DNA of 64,000 nucleotides, from positions 242,448 through 306,447 of the forward strand of contig CAVOYV010000005.1 in assembly GCA_963700855.1 (NCBI GenBank). The letters run 5' to 3'. How positions within the stretch are numbered: position 1 is the first letter of the stretch; each line of letters starts with the position of its first letter. This DNA is from an uncultured Actinomycetes bacterium (lineage in GTDB: Bacteria > Actinomycetota > UBA4738 > HRBIN12). Below, in pieces: positions 37,731 to 47,152 of this stretch. The notes beneath the pieces are model-generated. The model was given only the letters and a program-made list of their open reading frames with translations. It had not been told where the DNA came from and did not search any database. The translations under genes and the position numbers were made by a program.

Positions 37731-40700
37731 ATGCCGGCTTGCGGATCCTGCGGGACCAGGTACACGCCCGGGGCGCGCTTCTGCGCGACCTGCGGCGCGT
37801 CGCTCATGGTCACCTGCGCCTCGTGTGGGGCCGACCTGCCCCACGACGCCGCGTTCTGCCCGTCGTGCGGCGCCCCGGTGGCGGCGAGCGACACGGGGAG
37901 CGGCCCAGCAGGCGAACGGAAGCTCGTCACCGTGCTGTTCGCCGATGTCACGGGCTCGACCTCGCTCGGTGAGCAGCTCGACCCCGAGCAGCTCCGCGAC
38001 GTGCTCCAGACCTACTTCGCCGCGATGCGAGCAGAGATCGAGGCCGAGGGCGGCACCGTCGAGAAGTTCATCGGCGACGCGGTGATGGCGGCGTTCGGCG
38101 TCCCCACGGCCCACGAGGACGACCCGGCGCGGGCGCTGCGCGCCGCGGCCAGGATGCTCGCGCGCCTCGAGACCGTGAACGAGGATCTGAGCGCCCGCCA
38201 CGACGTCCGGCTGCAGATACGGATCGGGGTGAACACGGGCGAGGTGCTCGCCACCACCGACCCGAAGCCGGGTGAAGCGATGGTCACGGGTGACGTCGTC
38301 AACGCCGCACAGCGTCTGGAGGCTGCCGCCCAGCCCGGCACCGTCGTGCTGGGTGAGCGCACCGCCCGGTCGGTGCCGCGGGCACGCCTGATCGACCTGG
38401 GACCGCTCGAACTCAAGGGCAAGGCCGAACCCGTCCGCGGATACCGCTTGGCGGGCGACGACGCCGTCGAGACCGAACGAGGCGTACCTGGGCTGCGCGC
38501 GCCGATGGTCGGGCGCGACGCCGAGATGGACCTGCTGCGCAGCGTCTACGCGAGGACCGCCAGCGAGCGCAAGCCGAGTCTGGTCACCGTGTACGGCGAC
38601 GCGGGTGTCGGCAAGAGCCGTCTGACGCGCGAGTTCCTGGCGTGGACCGAGGCCAACGACCCGCCGCCGCTCGTGCTGCGCGGGCGCTGCCTGCCGTACG
38701 GCGACGGCATCGCCTACTGGCCGCTCGCCGAGATCCTCAAGGGCCACGCGGGCATCTTGGACACCGACGCCACCGAACTCGCGATCGAGAAGGTCCGTAA
38801 GCTCGGCCACGATCTGCTCACCGCCGAGGTGACAGCCGATCCGGCGCTCGCCACGGCCGCCCTCGCTTACACGATCGGTCTGCCCGATCTCGACTCGTCG
38901 CTCGAGTCGATGGACCCGAACCAGGTGCGTGACGAGGTCGACGCCGCGTGGCGCTCGTTCTTCACCGCGCTCGCCGTGTCCGCGCCGGCGGTCGTCGTGA
39001 TCGAGGACATCCATTGGGCCGAACCGGTCCTGCTGGATCTGCTCGACACGCTCGCCGAACGCGTCGAGGGGCCGGTCCTGTTCCTGTGTCCGTCGCGACC
39101 CGACCTGACCTCGCGTCGGCCGACGTGGGGCGGGGGTCGCCGGTCGATGTCCGCGATCGCGCTCGACCCCCTCACCGCCGACCAATCACAGCACCTGATC
39201 GAGCTGCTGCTGACGGTCGACGACCTGCCGCCGTCGGTGCACGCGACGATGGTCGAGCGTGCCGAGGGCAACCCGTTCTTCCTCGAGGAGATCATCCGGC
39301 GCTTGATCGACGACGGGTCGCTCGAGCGAGAAGGCGATCGCTGGCGCGCCACGGCCTCGATCGCGGACGTCCAGATCCCCGACACGGTCCAGGCGGTCCT
39401 CGCCTCCCGCATCGACCTGCTCGACCCGCCGGACAAGCGGATCCTGCAGGCAGCCGCCGTGGTCGGCCGCGTCTTCTGGACGGGGCCGGTCGCGGACCGG
39501 GTCGGGGCCGACCGGACCTCCGTGTCCGAGGCCATGCGCCGGCTCGAGGACCGCGAACTCGTGGTGTCGCGCCCGGGCTCGACCCTGGCCGGCGAACGCG
39601 AGTACCTGTTCAAGCACATCCTCACGCGCGACGTCGCCTACGAATCGCTCCCACGGCGCGAGCGGATCGCGGCGCACGAGGCGGTCGCCACGTGGCTCGA
39701 GACGACCGCCGGGTCTCGCGCCGCGGAGTTCGCGGAACTCCTCGCCTACCACGGCGCGACCGCCGTTCACATCGCACGCGAGATCGGAGAGGCCCCCGAC
39801 GACGTGCTCCGCCGCCGCGCGTTGCGCTGGACCCTCGACGCGTCGCGGGCGGCGCGCAGACGCGTGGTCTACGCCACGTCCGAGCGTCTCGCACGGTCCG
39901 CCCTCGACCTGGCCGTCGACGATCGCGAGCGGACCGACGCCCTCGAGGCGCTCGCGAGGGTGATGCACGCCCAGACCGTCGGCGATCTGGCGTGGCGGTA
40001 CTTCACCGAGGCAGCAGACACGTGCGAGCGGGTGGAACCGTTCGACGGGATGAGGATGGCTCGTCTGTGTGCCGACGCGTGTGAGATCGCGCAACGTTGG
40101 CCCGGCTCGATGTCATCAGGGGTCCCGCCCGAGCAAGATGTGCGGAGGGTCCTGGAGCGCGGTTTCGCTGCGGTGCCGCCGGGTGACAACCGGGAACGGA
40201 TCCGGCTCCTGGGCCTGCGGGCCAGCTGGTTGTTCGCCTTCCCGCGCGAAGATGCCACGATGCACGAGCTCGAGGCCAGCGAGGCCGCCGGCTTGGAGGC
40301 GGCGGAAGCCGCGATCCGGCTCGGGCTCCCCAACCTGGCGGCGGCGGCGCTCGACCAGGCGAACGGTGCGTACCTGTCGTCGGGGCTCTACGACCGCGCC
40401 GAGCGCGCGTGGCTACGCCGCCGCGAGATCATGCCGCAGGTCACCTCGGTCACCGAGATCGGGGACTTCTACGCCATGGGAGCGTGGATGCGGACCGTGC
40501 AGGGACGCTACGAGGAGGCGATCGCGCTCGCCGACGAGGGCACGGCGCGGATCGGTGGGCAGCTCCCGAACGTCGAGACCCACGGCCGGAGCTGGAAGGT
40601 CCGCGCCCTCGAGGCCCTCGGCAGGTGGGACGAGGCGATCGCCGAGTTCGACGTGATCCGCGACCTTCTGGGGGACCGACGAGACGCGCCTCCCTACTTC

Positions 40701-41267
40701 TGCGCCGCCTCGTACGCGAAGGCCGCCACGATCCACGCTAGGCGCGGCGAACGGGTGGACAGCGACCTCCTCGCCGAGGCCCTCGGTCGCCTCTCTCCCG
40801 AGTACGGCGTCCAGCTCTACCCGGACATGCTCGTGATGCATCTCGCTCGCGGCGAGATCGAGGAGGCCCGCGCTCGTCAGCTCCCCTACGCGTGGCGCAC
40901 GATGATCGGCGACGCGCTCGAGGCGAGGGGGCAAGCCGTGGCGGCGGCCGGCGCGTGGGACGAGGTGCCGGCGCTCCTCGACGAGATGCGTGTGTGTGCG
41001 GCGTCCTCGACGTGGCCCTCGCTCGAGGCCGAGATCGACCGTCTCGAGGGGCGGGCGGCGATCGCCACCGGCGACATCGAGCGCGGACTCAGGCACCTCG
41101 CCGCCGCCTCGGATGCCTACGAGGCGATCGGCGCGACCTGGAACGGCGCGATGACCGACCTCGAGATGGCCGAGGCGGGCGCTCGTGACCGCGCCGGCGA
41201 GGCTGCGGAGGTATTCGAACTGCTCCGCACGCCCGCGTTCCTGCGACGAGCCCGGGACCTCTCGTGA
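37731..41267 (+). CDS. Double Zn-ribbon, adenylate/guanylate cyclase, STAND AAA ATPase, TPR protein
   Basis: Four CxxC pairs; FADVTGST, EKFIGDAVM, GDVVNAAQRL; GDAGVGKS; IEDIHWA; EGNPFFLEE. Confidence 0.92.
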   Translation: MPACGSCGTRYTPGARFCATCGASLMVTCASCGADLPHDAAFCPSCGAPVAASDTGSGPAGERKLVTVLFADVTGSTSLGEQLDPEQLRDVLQTYFAAMRAEIEAEGGTVEKFIGDAVMAAFGVPTAHEDDPARALRAAARMLARLETVNEDLSARHDVRLQIRIGVNTGEVLATTDPKPGEAMVTGDVVNAAQRLEAAAQPGTVVLGERTARSVPRARLIDLGPLELKGKAEPVRGYRLAGDDAVETERGVPGLRAPMVGRDAEMDLLRSVYARTASERKPSLVTVYGDAGVGKSRLTREFLAWTEANDPPPLVLRGRCLPYGDGIAYWPLAEILKGHAGILDTDATELAIEKVRKLGHDLLTAEVTADPALATAALAYTIGLPDLDSSLESMDPNQVRDEVDAAWRSFFTALAVSAPAVVVIEDIHWAEPVLLDLLDTLAERVEGPVLFLCPSRPDLTSRRPTWGGGRRSMSAIALDPLTADQSQHLIELLLTVDDLPPSVHATMVERAEGNPFFLEEIIRRLIDDGSLEREGDRWRATASIADVQIPDTVQAVLASRIDLLDPPDKRILQAAAVVGRVFWTGPVADRVGADRTSVSEAMRRLEDRELVVSRPGSTLAGEREYLFKHILTRDVAYESLPRRERIAAHEAVATWLETTAGSRAAEFAELLAYHGATAVHIAREIGEAPDDVLRRRALRWTLDASRAARRRVVYATSERLARSALDLAVDDRERTDALEALARVMHAQTVGDLAWRYFTEAADTCERVEPFDGMRMARLCADACEIAQRWPGSMSSGVPPEQDVRRVLERGFAAVPPGDNRERIRLLGLRASWLFAFPREDATMHELEASEAAGLEAAEAAIRLGLPNLAAAALDQANGAYLSSGLYDRAERAWLRRREIMPQVTSVTEIGDFYAMGAWMRTVQGRYEEAIALADEGTARIGGQLPNVETHGRSWKVRALEALGRWDEAIAEFDVIRDLLGDRRDAPPYFCAASYAKAATIHARRGERVDSDLLAEALGRLSPEYGVQLYPDMLVMHLARGEIEEARARQLPYAWRTMIGDALEARGQAVAAAGAWDEVPALLDEMRVCAASSTWPSLEAEIDRLEGRAAIATGDIERGLRHLAAASDAYEAIGATWNGAMTDLEMAEAGARDRAGEAAEVFELLRTPAFLRRARDLS

Positions 41268-41322
41268 CCACCGTCGAGGCTCACCTTCGGGAAGGACGAA
41301 CCCTCGCACGTCACAGAACCGG

Positions 41323-41406
41323 TGGGCGAGGGGGGAGTTGAACCCCCACGTCCTTTCGGACACACGGACCTGAACCGTGCGCGTCTGCCAATTCCGCCAC
41401 TCGCCC
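41323..41406 (-). tRNA. tRNA-Leu(CAG)
   Basis: GGGCGAG acceptor, GGCGGAATTGGCAGACGC D-arm, CACGG-TTCAGGT-CCGTG, variable arm, GGGGGTTCAACTCCCCC. Confidence 0.96.
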
Positions 41407-41458
41407 GTGACGCGTCAGGGATGGTAGCAGTGGCGGCTGCGGCACCCGGTCGTACGAC

Positions 41459-41494
41459 CCAGGCGTACGGCCAGGCGTACGGCCAGGCGTACGG
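41459..41494. repeat. 12-bp tandem repeat x3
   Basis: CCAGGCGTACGG x3, preceded by palindrome GGTCGTACGACC (41448-41459). Confidence 0.85.
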
Positions 41495-41607
41495 ATGGCC
41501 GCCCCCTCATCCCCTGCATGGGGGAAGTCACCATCGACCGACGACCGGTGCGCCGACGCGGCGGCCTGGCCGATACCGAACGAAGGGTCGGGAAGGAGGG
41601 GACGCAC

Positions 41608-41949
41608 ATGGGGGACCACGCTCGCATCGACTTCGACCGGCTGATGCGTGATCTGATGCTCGTCGGGGTCGGCGCGTTGATCGGCTGGGCGTGCGCGGGA
41701 ACGGTGGGCGTGCTCAGTGGGATGGTCGCCGTCGAACCGCACGCGACGCTCCGGTTCCTGCTCGCGATCTTGGTGCTGGTGTTCGCGCGTCGCACCTACT
41801 GGGAGATCCAGGAATGGCGGTGGCGGCGGCTTCCCGACGACGACCGCTACGGTTTCGCGAGCCCGCTGTGGGAGACGCCGAGGCCCTCGTGGGAAGGGTC
41901 CCGAGCCGTCGAACAACCACCACATCCGGACGCCGAACCCGCCTCCTGA
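41608..41949 (+). CDS. Hypothetical membrane protein (2 TM, Trp/Arg-rich tail)
   Basis: RBS AAGGAGG; two hydrophobic segments. Confidence 0.7.
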   Translation: MGDHARIDFDRLMRDLMLVGVGALIGWACAGTVGVLSGMVAVEPHATLRFLLAILVLVFARRTYWEIQEWRWRRLPDDDRYGFASPLWETPRPSWEGSRAVEQPPHPDAEPAS

Positions 41950-41997
41950 CCGGGGGTAGGATGGGCGCGATCGCGCGGGGACCCGCGCGCACGCGTC

Positions 41998-42696
41998 ATG
42001 CCGAACCTCCGTGACTTCGAGCGTCGCCTGGGGGGCCTCGTCGAAGGCCTCTTCTCGAAGGCGTTCCGCAGCGGGGTGCAGCCCGTCGAGATCGCGAAGC
42101 GCGTCGTCCGTGAGATGGACGACGGCAAGCAGGTCGGGATCGAGGAGGTCTGGGCGCCGAACCGTTTCGAGATCTCGCTGTCGAGCGAGGACGCGCCGCG
42201 TTTCCAGCAGATCGAGAGCGCGCTCGTCGGGGAGCTGAAACGGGTGGTGCTCGAGAACGCAGCCGAACGCGGCTGGGGGCTCGTCGGTCCGCCCGAGATC
42301 GCGTTCTTCGTCGACGAGGGGCTCCGCAAGGGCGACCTGGAGGTCGAGGCGTCGCTCGCCGAGGGCGACGAGAAGGTCTCCCCCGCCGCCGCGGCGGCCG
42401 CGGTGAAGGGCCCGGCTCGGCTCGTGGTCCACGAGGACGGCCAGACGCGCGAGGTGGACCTCGACAAGGAGCTCGTCACGATCGGGCGCATGACCGATTG
42501 CGACGTCGTGCTCTCCGACAAGGGCGCGTCGCGCCGTCACGCGCAGATCCGCGTGAAGGAAGGCGAGGCCGTGCTCACCGACCTCGGCTCCACCAACGGT
42601 ACGAAGCTGAACGGCCAGCAGGTCCAGACCCGGACGCTCGGGGACGGGGACCGCATCACGATCGGCACCACCCTGCTCGAGTTCCGGAGGGGTTGA
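41998..42696 (+). CDS. fhaA: FhaA (DUF3662 plus FHA domain)
   Basis: FERRL..LVEG.F...FRSGVQPVEIAK; IGR...SRRHA...DLGSTNGT. Confidence 0.93.
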   Translation: MPNLRDFERRLGGLVEGLFSKAFRSGVQPVEIAKRVVREMDDGKQVGIEEVWAPNRFEISLSSEDAPRFQQIESALVGELKRVVLENAAERGWGLVGPPEIAFFVDEGLRKGDLEVEASLAEGDEKVSPAAAAAAVKGPARLVVHEDGQTREVDLDKELVTIGRMTDCDVVLSDKGASRRHAQIRVKEGEAVLTDLGSTNGTKLNGQQVQTRTLGDGDRITIGTTLLEFRRG

Positions 42697-42699
42697 GCC

Positions 42700-43167
42700 G
42701 TGCTCGCCGCCGGGGTCGAGCCGTTCGCGCTGTCAGCCCTGAAGTACGGGTTGCTCGCGCTGCTGTTCCTGTTCGTATGGCGAGCGATGCGTTGGGTGGT
42801 CCGGGGACTCAACGTGGACCAGGGCGCCCCGACGTCGTCGAGAGGGATCTCGGTCGCCAAGGGTGGGACCGTTCCGCTGGTCGCGACGCTCGCCGTCTTC
42901 CCGCCCGACGGCGGCAAGCCCCGGACGATCCGGGTCGACGCGGCCGTCACGATCGGCAGGGCCCCGGAGTGCGAGCTACGGATCGACGACACGTACGCCT
43001 CTCAGCAGCACGCTCGTGTCTTCGGCAAGGCCGGCTCCTGGTACGTCGAAGACCTCGGGTCGACGAACGGGACCTACGTGAACGAGCAGCGTCTCGCGGC
43101 GCCGGCGATGCTCACGGCCGGGGACCGGATCCGTGTCGGCACCACCGTGGTGGAGCTGCGGCGATGA
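42700..43167 (+). CDS. fhaB: FhaB/FipA membrane FHA-domain protein
   Basis: N-terminal TM; IGRA...DTYASQQHA...EDLGSTNGT. Confidence 0.9.
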   Translation: MLAAGVEPFALSALKYGLLALLFLFVWRAMRWVVRGLNVDQGAPTSSRGISVAKGGTVPLVATLAVFPPDGGKPRTIRVDAAVTIGRAPECELRIDDTYASQQHARVFGKAGSWYVEDLGSTNGTYVNEQRLAAPAMLTAGDRIRVGTTVVELRR

Positions 43168-44291
43168 GGATCGAGGCCGGGGTCGCGACCGACATCGGGC
43201 AGGTCCGCGAGGCGAACGAGGACTCGTACCTGCTCCGGCCCCCCCTGTACGCGGTTGCCGACGGGATGGGCGGCCACCGCGGTGGCGAGGTCGCGTCGCA
43301 GCTGGCGCTCGAGACGGTCGAGACGCTGTTCCACGAGGGGCGCGGGACGCTCGCCGAGCAGGTCCAGCAGGCGAACCGAGCGGTGTTCGCCCGGTCGGCC
43401 GAGGACCGCGATGTCATGGGCATGGGGACCACCCTCACGGCCGCGCTGATCGGTGCGGAGGGGGTCCACCTCGCCCACGTGGGCGATTCTCGCGCCTATC
43501 TGCTGCGTGCCGGCGCGCTCCGGCGCTTGACCGAAGACCACACGCTCGTGAACCGGATGGTCAAGGCCGGGGAGATCACCCCGGCCGAGGCGGACGTCCA
43601 CCCGCACCGCAACGTGCTGCTGCGGGCGCTCGGCACCGAACCGGACGTGAGCGTCGACGAGCAGGACGTGGGTCTGCTCGAAGGCGACCGACTCCTGCTG
43701 TGCAGCGACGGCCTCACCGGGATGGTGACCGAGGACCAGATCCAGGCGATCCTCGAGGCCGAGCCGCAGCCGCAGGAGGCGGCCGAGCGGCTCGTCCGCG
43801 CGGCGAACCGCGCCGGCGGTCTGGACAACATCACCGTGGTCGTGCTCGACGTCCGCGAGGGCGAGGGCGAGGTGGCGCCGCCCGAGGCGATCGGGACGCC
43901 CGATCCTGTCGAGGGACCTACGGCGCGGCGCCCGTGGCGATGGGCGCTCGCCGCCGTGGCGGTGGTGGTCGTGGCCTTCGCCGCGCTCACCGGCTTCCGG
44001 GCGTGGCTCGACGACCGCTGGTACGTCGGCGAGGCGAACGGCCACGTCGCCGTCTACCAGGGCATCCCCGCCACGCTCCTCGGCCGAGACCTCTCGAGCG
44101 TCGACCTCGAGACCGGCCTCGACGCCGGTGCGGTCGCCGACCTGCCGCTGTACGCAGACCTCGCCGAGGGCATCAACGCGGACTCCCGCGAGGACGCCCT
44201 CGCGATCGTCGACCAGATGCGGCAGGATCTCCGACGGCAGGCCCGCGAGGGGGGCGCCGGAGGCAACGGCGCCGGGGGCGGCTCGGCGTGA
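43164..44291 (+). CDS. pstP: PP2C-family Ser/Thr phosphatase with TM anchor
   Basis: RE.NED, ADGMGGH..GEVAS, HVGDSRAY, LCSDGL, GG.DNIT; TM followed by YVG....VAVYQG. Confidence 0.95.
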   Translation: MRIEAGVATDIGQVREANEDSYLLRPPLYAVADGMGGHRGGEVASQLALETVETLFHEGRGTLAEQVQQANRAVFARSAEDRDVMGMGTTLTAALIGAEGVHLAHVGDSRAYLLRAGALRRLTEDHTLVNRMVKAGEITPAEADVHPHRNVLLRALGTEPDVSVDEQDVGLLEGDRLLLCSDGLTGMVTEDQIQAILEAEPQPQEAAERLVRAANRAGGLDNITVVVLDVREGEGEVAPPEAIGTPDPVEGPTARRPWRWALAAVAVVVVAFAALTGFRAWLDDRWYVGEANGHVAVYQGIPATLLGRDLSSVDLETGLDAGAVADLPLYADLAEGINADSREDALAIVDQMRQDLRRQAREGGAGGNGAGGGSA

Positions 44292-45601
44292 GCGTCGTCC
44301 AGGCCGGTCGCGGCCGACGGGTCACCGCCGGGCTCGGTCTCCTGGTGGTCGCGCTCGCGGCGACCGTCCTCGCGTACGCGCTGCAGGGTCTCGGGCTCGA
44401 CGAGGCCCTCCCGGGGGACCTGCGGGTGTTCGCGGTGGTGTTCGTCGCCGGGGCGGCGCTCGGGTGGGGCGCGGTCCGGTTCCTCGCCGGGGGGGCCGAT
44501 CCCGTCCTGTACCCGACGGCGGTCGCGCTGGGCGGGCTGGGGACCGCGATGATCTACCGACTGATGAACGAGCGGGGGCGCCCCGACATCGCCCAGAACC
44601 AGGCGGTGTGGCTCCTGATCGGGCTCGCGTGCCTGCTGGGGACGCTTGCCCTGATCCGCGACGTCCGGCGACTCGACCGGTACACGTACACGATCGGCCT
44701 CGCCGGCCTGGGCCTGCTCCTGCTCCCGATCGTCCCCGGCGTCGGGTTCGAGGTCAACGGCGCGAAGCTGTGGGTGAACCTCGGGTTCGTCCAGTTCCAG
44801 CCGGCCGAGATCGGGCGGTTGCTGATCGTGATCTTCCTCGCCTCCTACCTGTCGCAGCGCCGGGAGCTGCTCGCGGCCGGGGTAGGGAGGTTCGGGCTGC
44901 CGCGGCTGAAGGATCTCGGGCCGCTGCTGCTCGCGTGGGGCACCTCGATGGCGATCTTGTTCCTCGAGCGTGACATGGGGGCCTCGCTGCTGCTGTTCGC
45001 GGTCTTCGCGGTGATGATCTGGGTCGCGACCGGGCGCGTGAGCTTCCTCGTGATCGGGCTCGTGCTGTTCGCCCTCGGCGCCTACCTGGGGTGGCTCGCC
45101 TTCCCACACATCCAGGTCCGGGTCGATGCGTGGCTGCACGCCCTCGATCCGGCGTTCGTGGACGACGAGGGCTTCCAGCTCGCCCAGGGATGGTTCGGCA
45201 TGGCGAGCGGCGGCATGGTCGGCACCGGGCTCGGGATGGGCTCGCCGACCTTCGTGCCCTACGTCGCGAGCGACTTCATCCTGGCCGCGTTCGGCGAGGA
45301 GCTGGGCATGCTCGGCGTGTCCGCTCTGCTGCTGCTGTACCTCGTGCTGGTCGGGCGGGGGCTGCGGATCGCGGTGGAGCGCCACGATGCGTTCGAGAAG
45401 CTGCTCGCGGTCGGGCTCACCACGCTCCTGGGACTCCAGGTCTTCGTGATCGCCGGCGGCGTGCTGCGGCTGATCCCGCTCACCGGCCTGCCGTTGCCGC
45501 TCGTGTCGTACGGAGGGACGAGCCGTGTCGCCACGTTCGTGCTGCTCGCGCTGCTGATCCGGATCTCCGCCGGGCCGTTCGTGAGGACGAGGCGGGACTG
45601 A
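44288..45601 (+). CDS. rodA: RodA/FtsW SEDS-family protein
   Basis: NGAKLW, FQPAE, ERDMG, SDFI.AA.GEELG, PLTG..LP.VSYGG. Confidence 0.94.
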   Translation: MSVVQAGRGRRVTAGLGLLVVALAATVLAYALQGLGLDEALPGDLRVFAVVFVAGAALGWGAVRFLAGGADPVLYPTAVALGGLGTAMIYRLMNERGRPDIAQNQAVWLLIGLACLLGTLALIRDVRRLDRYTYTIGLAGLGLLLLPIVPGVGFEVNGAKLWVNLGFVQFQPAEIGRLLIVIFLASYLSQRRELLAAGVGRFGLPRLKDLGPLLLAWGTSMAILFLERDMGASLLLFAVFAVMIWVATGRVSFLVIGLVLFALGAYLGWLAFPHIQVRVDAWLHALDPAFVDDEGFQLAQGWFGMASGGMVGTGLGMGSPTFVPYVASDFILAAFGEELGMLGVSALLLLYLVLVGRGLRIAVERHDAFEKLLAVGLTTLLGLQVFVIAGGVLRLIPLTGLPLPLVSYGGTSRVATFVLLALLIRISAGPFVRTRRD

Positions 45602-45602
45602 C

Positions 45603-47123
45603 ATGGACCGCCAGATCCGCCGGCTCGGGATCACGTTCGTCGTCCTGTTCGCGATGCTGTTCGTCCAGGTCGCGTACGTGCAGGTGTTCGCGGCCGACCG
45701 GATCGCGAACCAGCCGGGGAACTTCGCGCGCCAGCTACGGTCCGAGTACCAGACGCAGCGTGGGCGGATCCTCGCCGCGGACGGGTCGCCGCTCGCCGAG
45801 AGCGTCGAAGCGCCCGAGGGGGCCGTCTACCGGTTCGAACGCCGCTACCCGCAAGGGACGCTGTTCGGCCACGTCACCGGCTACTACTCCCGCGTGTACG
45901 GGCGCTCGGGGCTCGAGCAGTCGATGAACGCCTACCTCTCGGGGACCGCGGCCGAGTTCACGGCTTCGAACCTCACCGACCTGATCCTGGGGCGCCCGAA
46001 GGTCGGCGGCTCGGTGTTCACGACGATCCTTCCGCGGCTCCAGGTGGTGGCGGCCGAGGCGCTCGGGTCTCAGCGGGGCGCCGTGGTCGCGATCGACCCG
46101 TCGACCGGCGACCTGCTCGCCTTCTGGTCGAACCCCGGCTACGACCCGAACCGCCTGGTCGAAGGGACGAACGACGACATGCGCGCGGCGTGGGAGGAAC
46201 TGAACGCCGACCCCGAGAAGCCGCTCCTGTCGAAGGCGTCGCAGGAGCTCTATCTGCCCGGCTCGACGTTCAAGCTCGTGACCGCCTCGGCGGCGCTGCA
46301 GAACGGGTACGGCCCGCAGGAGGAGTGGCCCAACCCGCCGGTGCTCGACCTGCCGACCACCGACGACGACCTCGAGAACTTCGGCGGGTCGCTGTGCAAC
46401 GGCGGATCGGAGACGGTGACGATGGCCGAGGCGTTCGAGGAGTCGTGCAACGTCACGTTCGGCGAGATCGCGCTCGAGTTGGACGCCGACCGCTTCTCGG
46501 CGCAGGCCTTCGACTACGGGGCGTGCCCCACGCTCCCCCCCGACCGGACGGACTGCGACGATCCCGCGATCGCGTTCTCGCTGCCCTTCGAGAACGGCCG
46601 GTTCCCCGAGCCCTCCTACTTCGACCAGCGGGAACCGGCGCTCGCCTACTCGGGCGTCGGGCTGGACAACGTCTTGATGAACCCGCTGCACATGGCGCTG
46701 GTCACCTCGGCGATCGCGAACGGGGGCGTGATGATGGCCCCGCGGCTCGTCACCGAGGTCCGCGACGCACAAGGCCGTCAGGTATCTGAGTTCGGCACGG
46801 ACGAGCTCGGCCGTCCGGTATCGACCGCGACCGCCGAGGCGATGCGCCAGATGATGGTGTCGGTCGTCGAGACGGGCACCGGTACGGCGGCGCAGATCTC
46901 CGGGGTGACGGTCGCAGGCAAGACGGGGACGGCGACGAACGGGCAGGGGCGCCCGCCCAACGCGTGGTTCACGTCGTTCGCCCCGGCCGGCGGGACGCAG
47001 ACCCCGGGCATCGTCGTAACGGTTATCGTGCTGGACGGCGGCGACCTCGGGAACGAGGCGACGGGCGGTCGCGTGGCCGCGCCGGTGGCGAAGGCCGTGA
47101 TCGAGGCGTACCTCGGTGTCTGA
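45603..47123 (+). CDS. pbpA: Class B penicillin-binding protein
   Basis: PGSTFK, SCN, KTGTA. Confidence 0.94.
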   Translation: MDRQIRRLGITFVVLFAMLFVQVAYVQVFAADRIANQPGNFARQLRSEYQTQRGRILAADGSPLAESVEAPEGAVYRFERRYPQGTLFGHVTGYYSRVYGRSGLEQSMNAYLSGTAAEFTASNLTDLILGRPKVGGSVFTTILPRLQVVAAEALGSQRGAVVAIDPSTGDLLAFWSNPGYDPNRLVEGTNDDMRAAWEELNADPEKPLLSKASQELYLPGSTFKLVTASAALQNGYGPQEEWPNPPVLDLPTTDDDLENFGGSLCNGGSETVTMAEAFEESCNVTFGEIALELDADRFSAQAFDYGACPTLPPDRTDCDDPAIAFSLPFENGRFPEPSYFDQREPALAYSGVGLDNVLMNPLHMALVTSAIANGGVMMAPRLVTEVRDAQGRQVSEFGTDELGRPVSTATAEAMRQMMVSVVETGTGTAAQISGVTVAGKTGTATNGQGRPPNAWFTSFAPAGGTQTPGIVVTVIVLDGGDLGNEATGGRVAAPVAKAVIEAYLGV

Positions 47124-47152
47124 CCGAGGCGTGTGACGGGAGGTCGGCAACG

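Noticed and set aside
41459-41494. Tandem repeats as a CRISPR array
   Set aside because: Units are 12 bp with no spacers, and no cas genes are present
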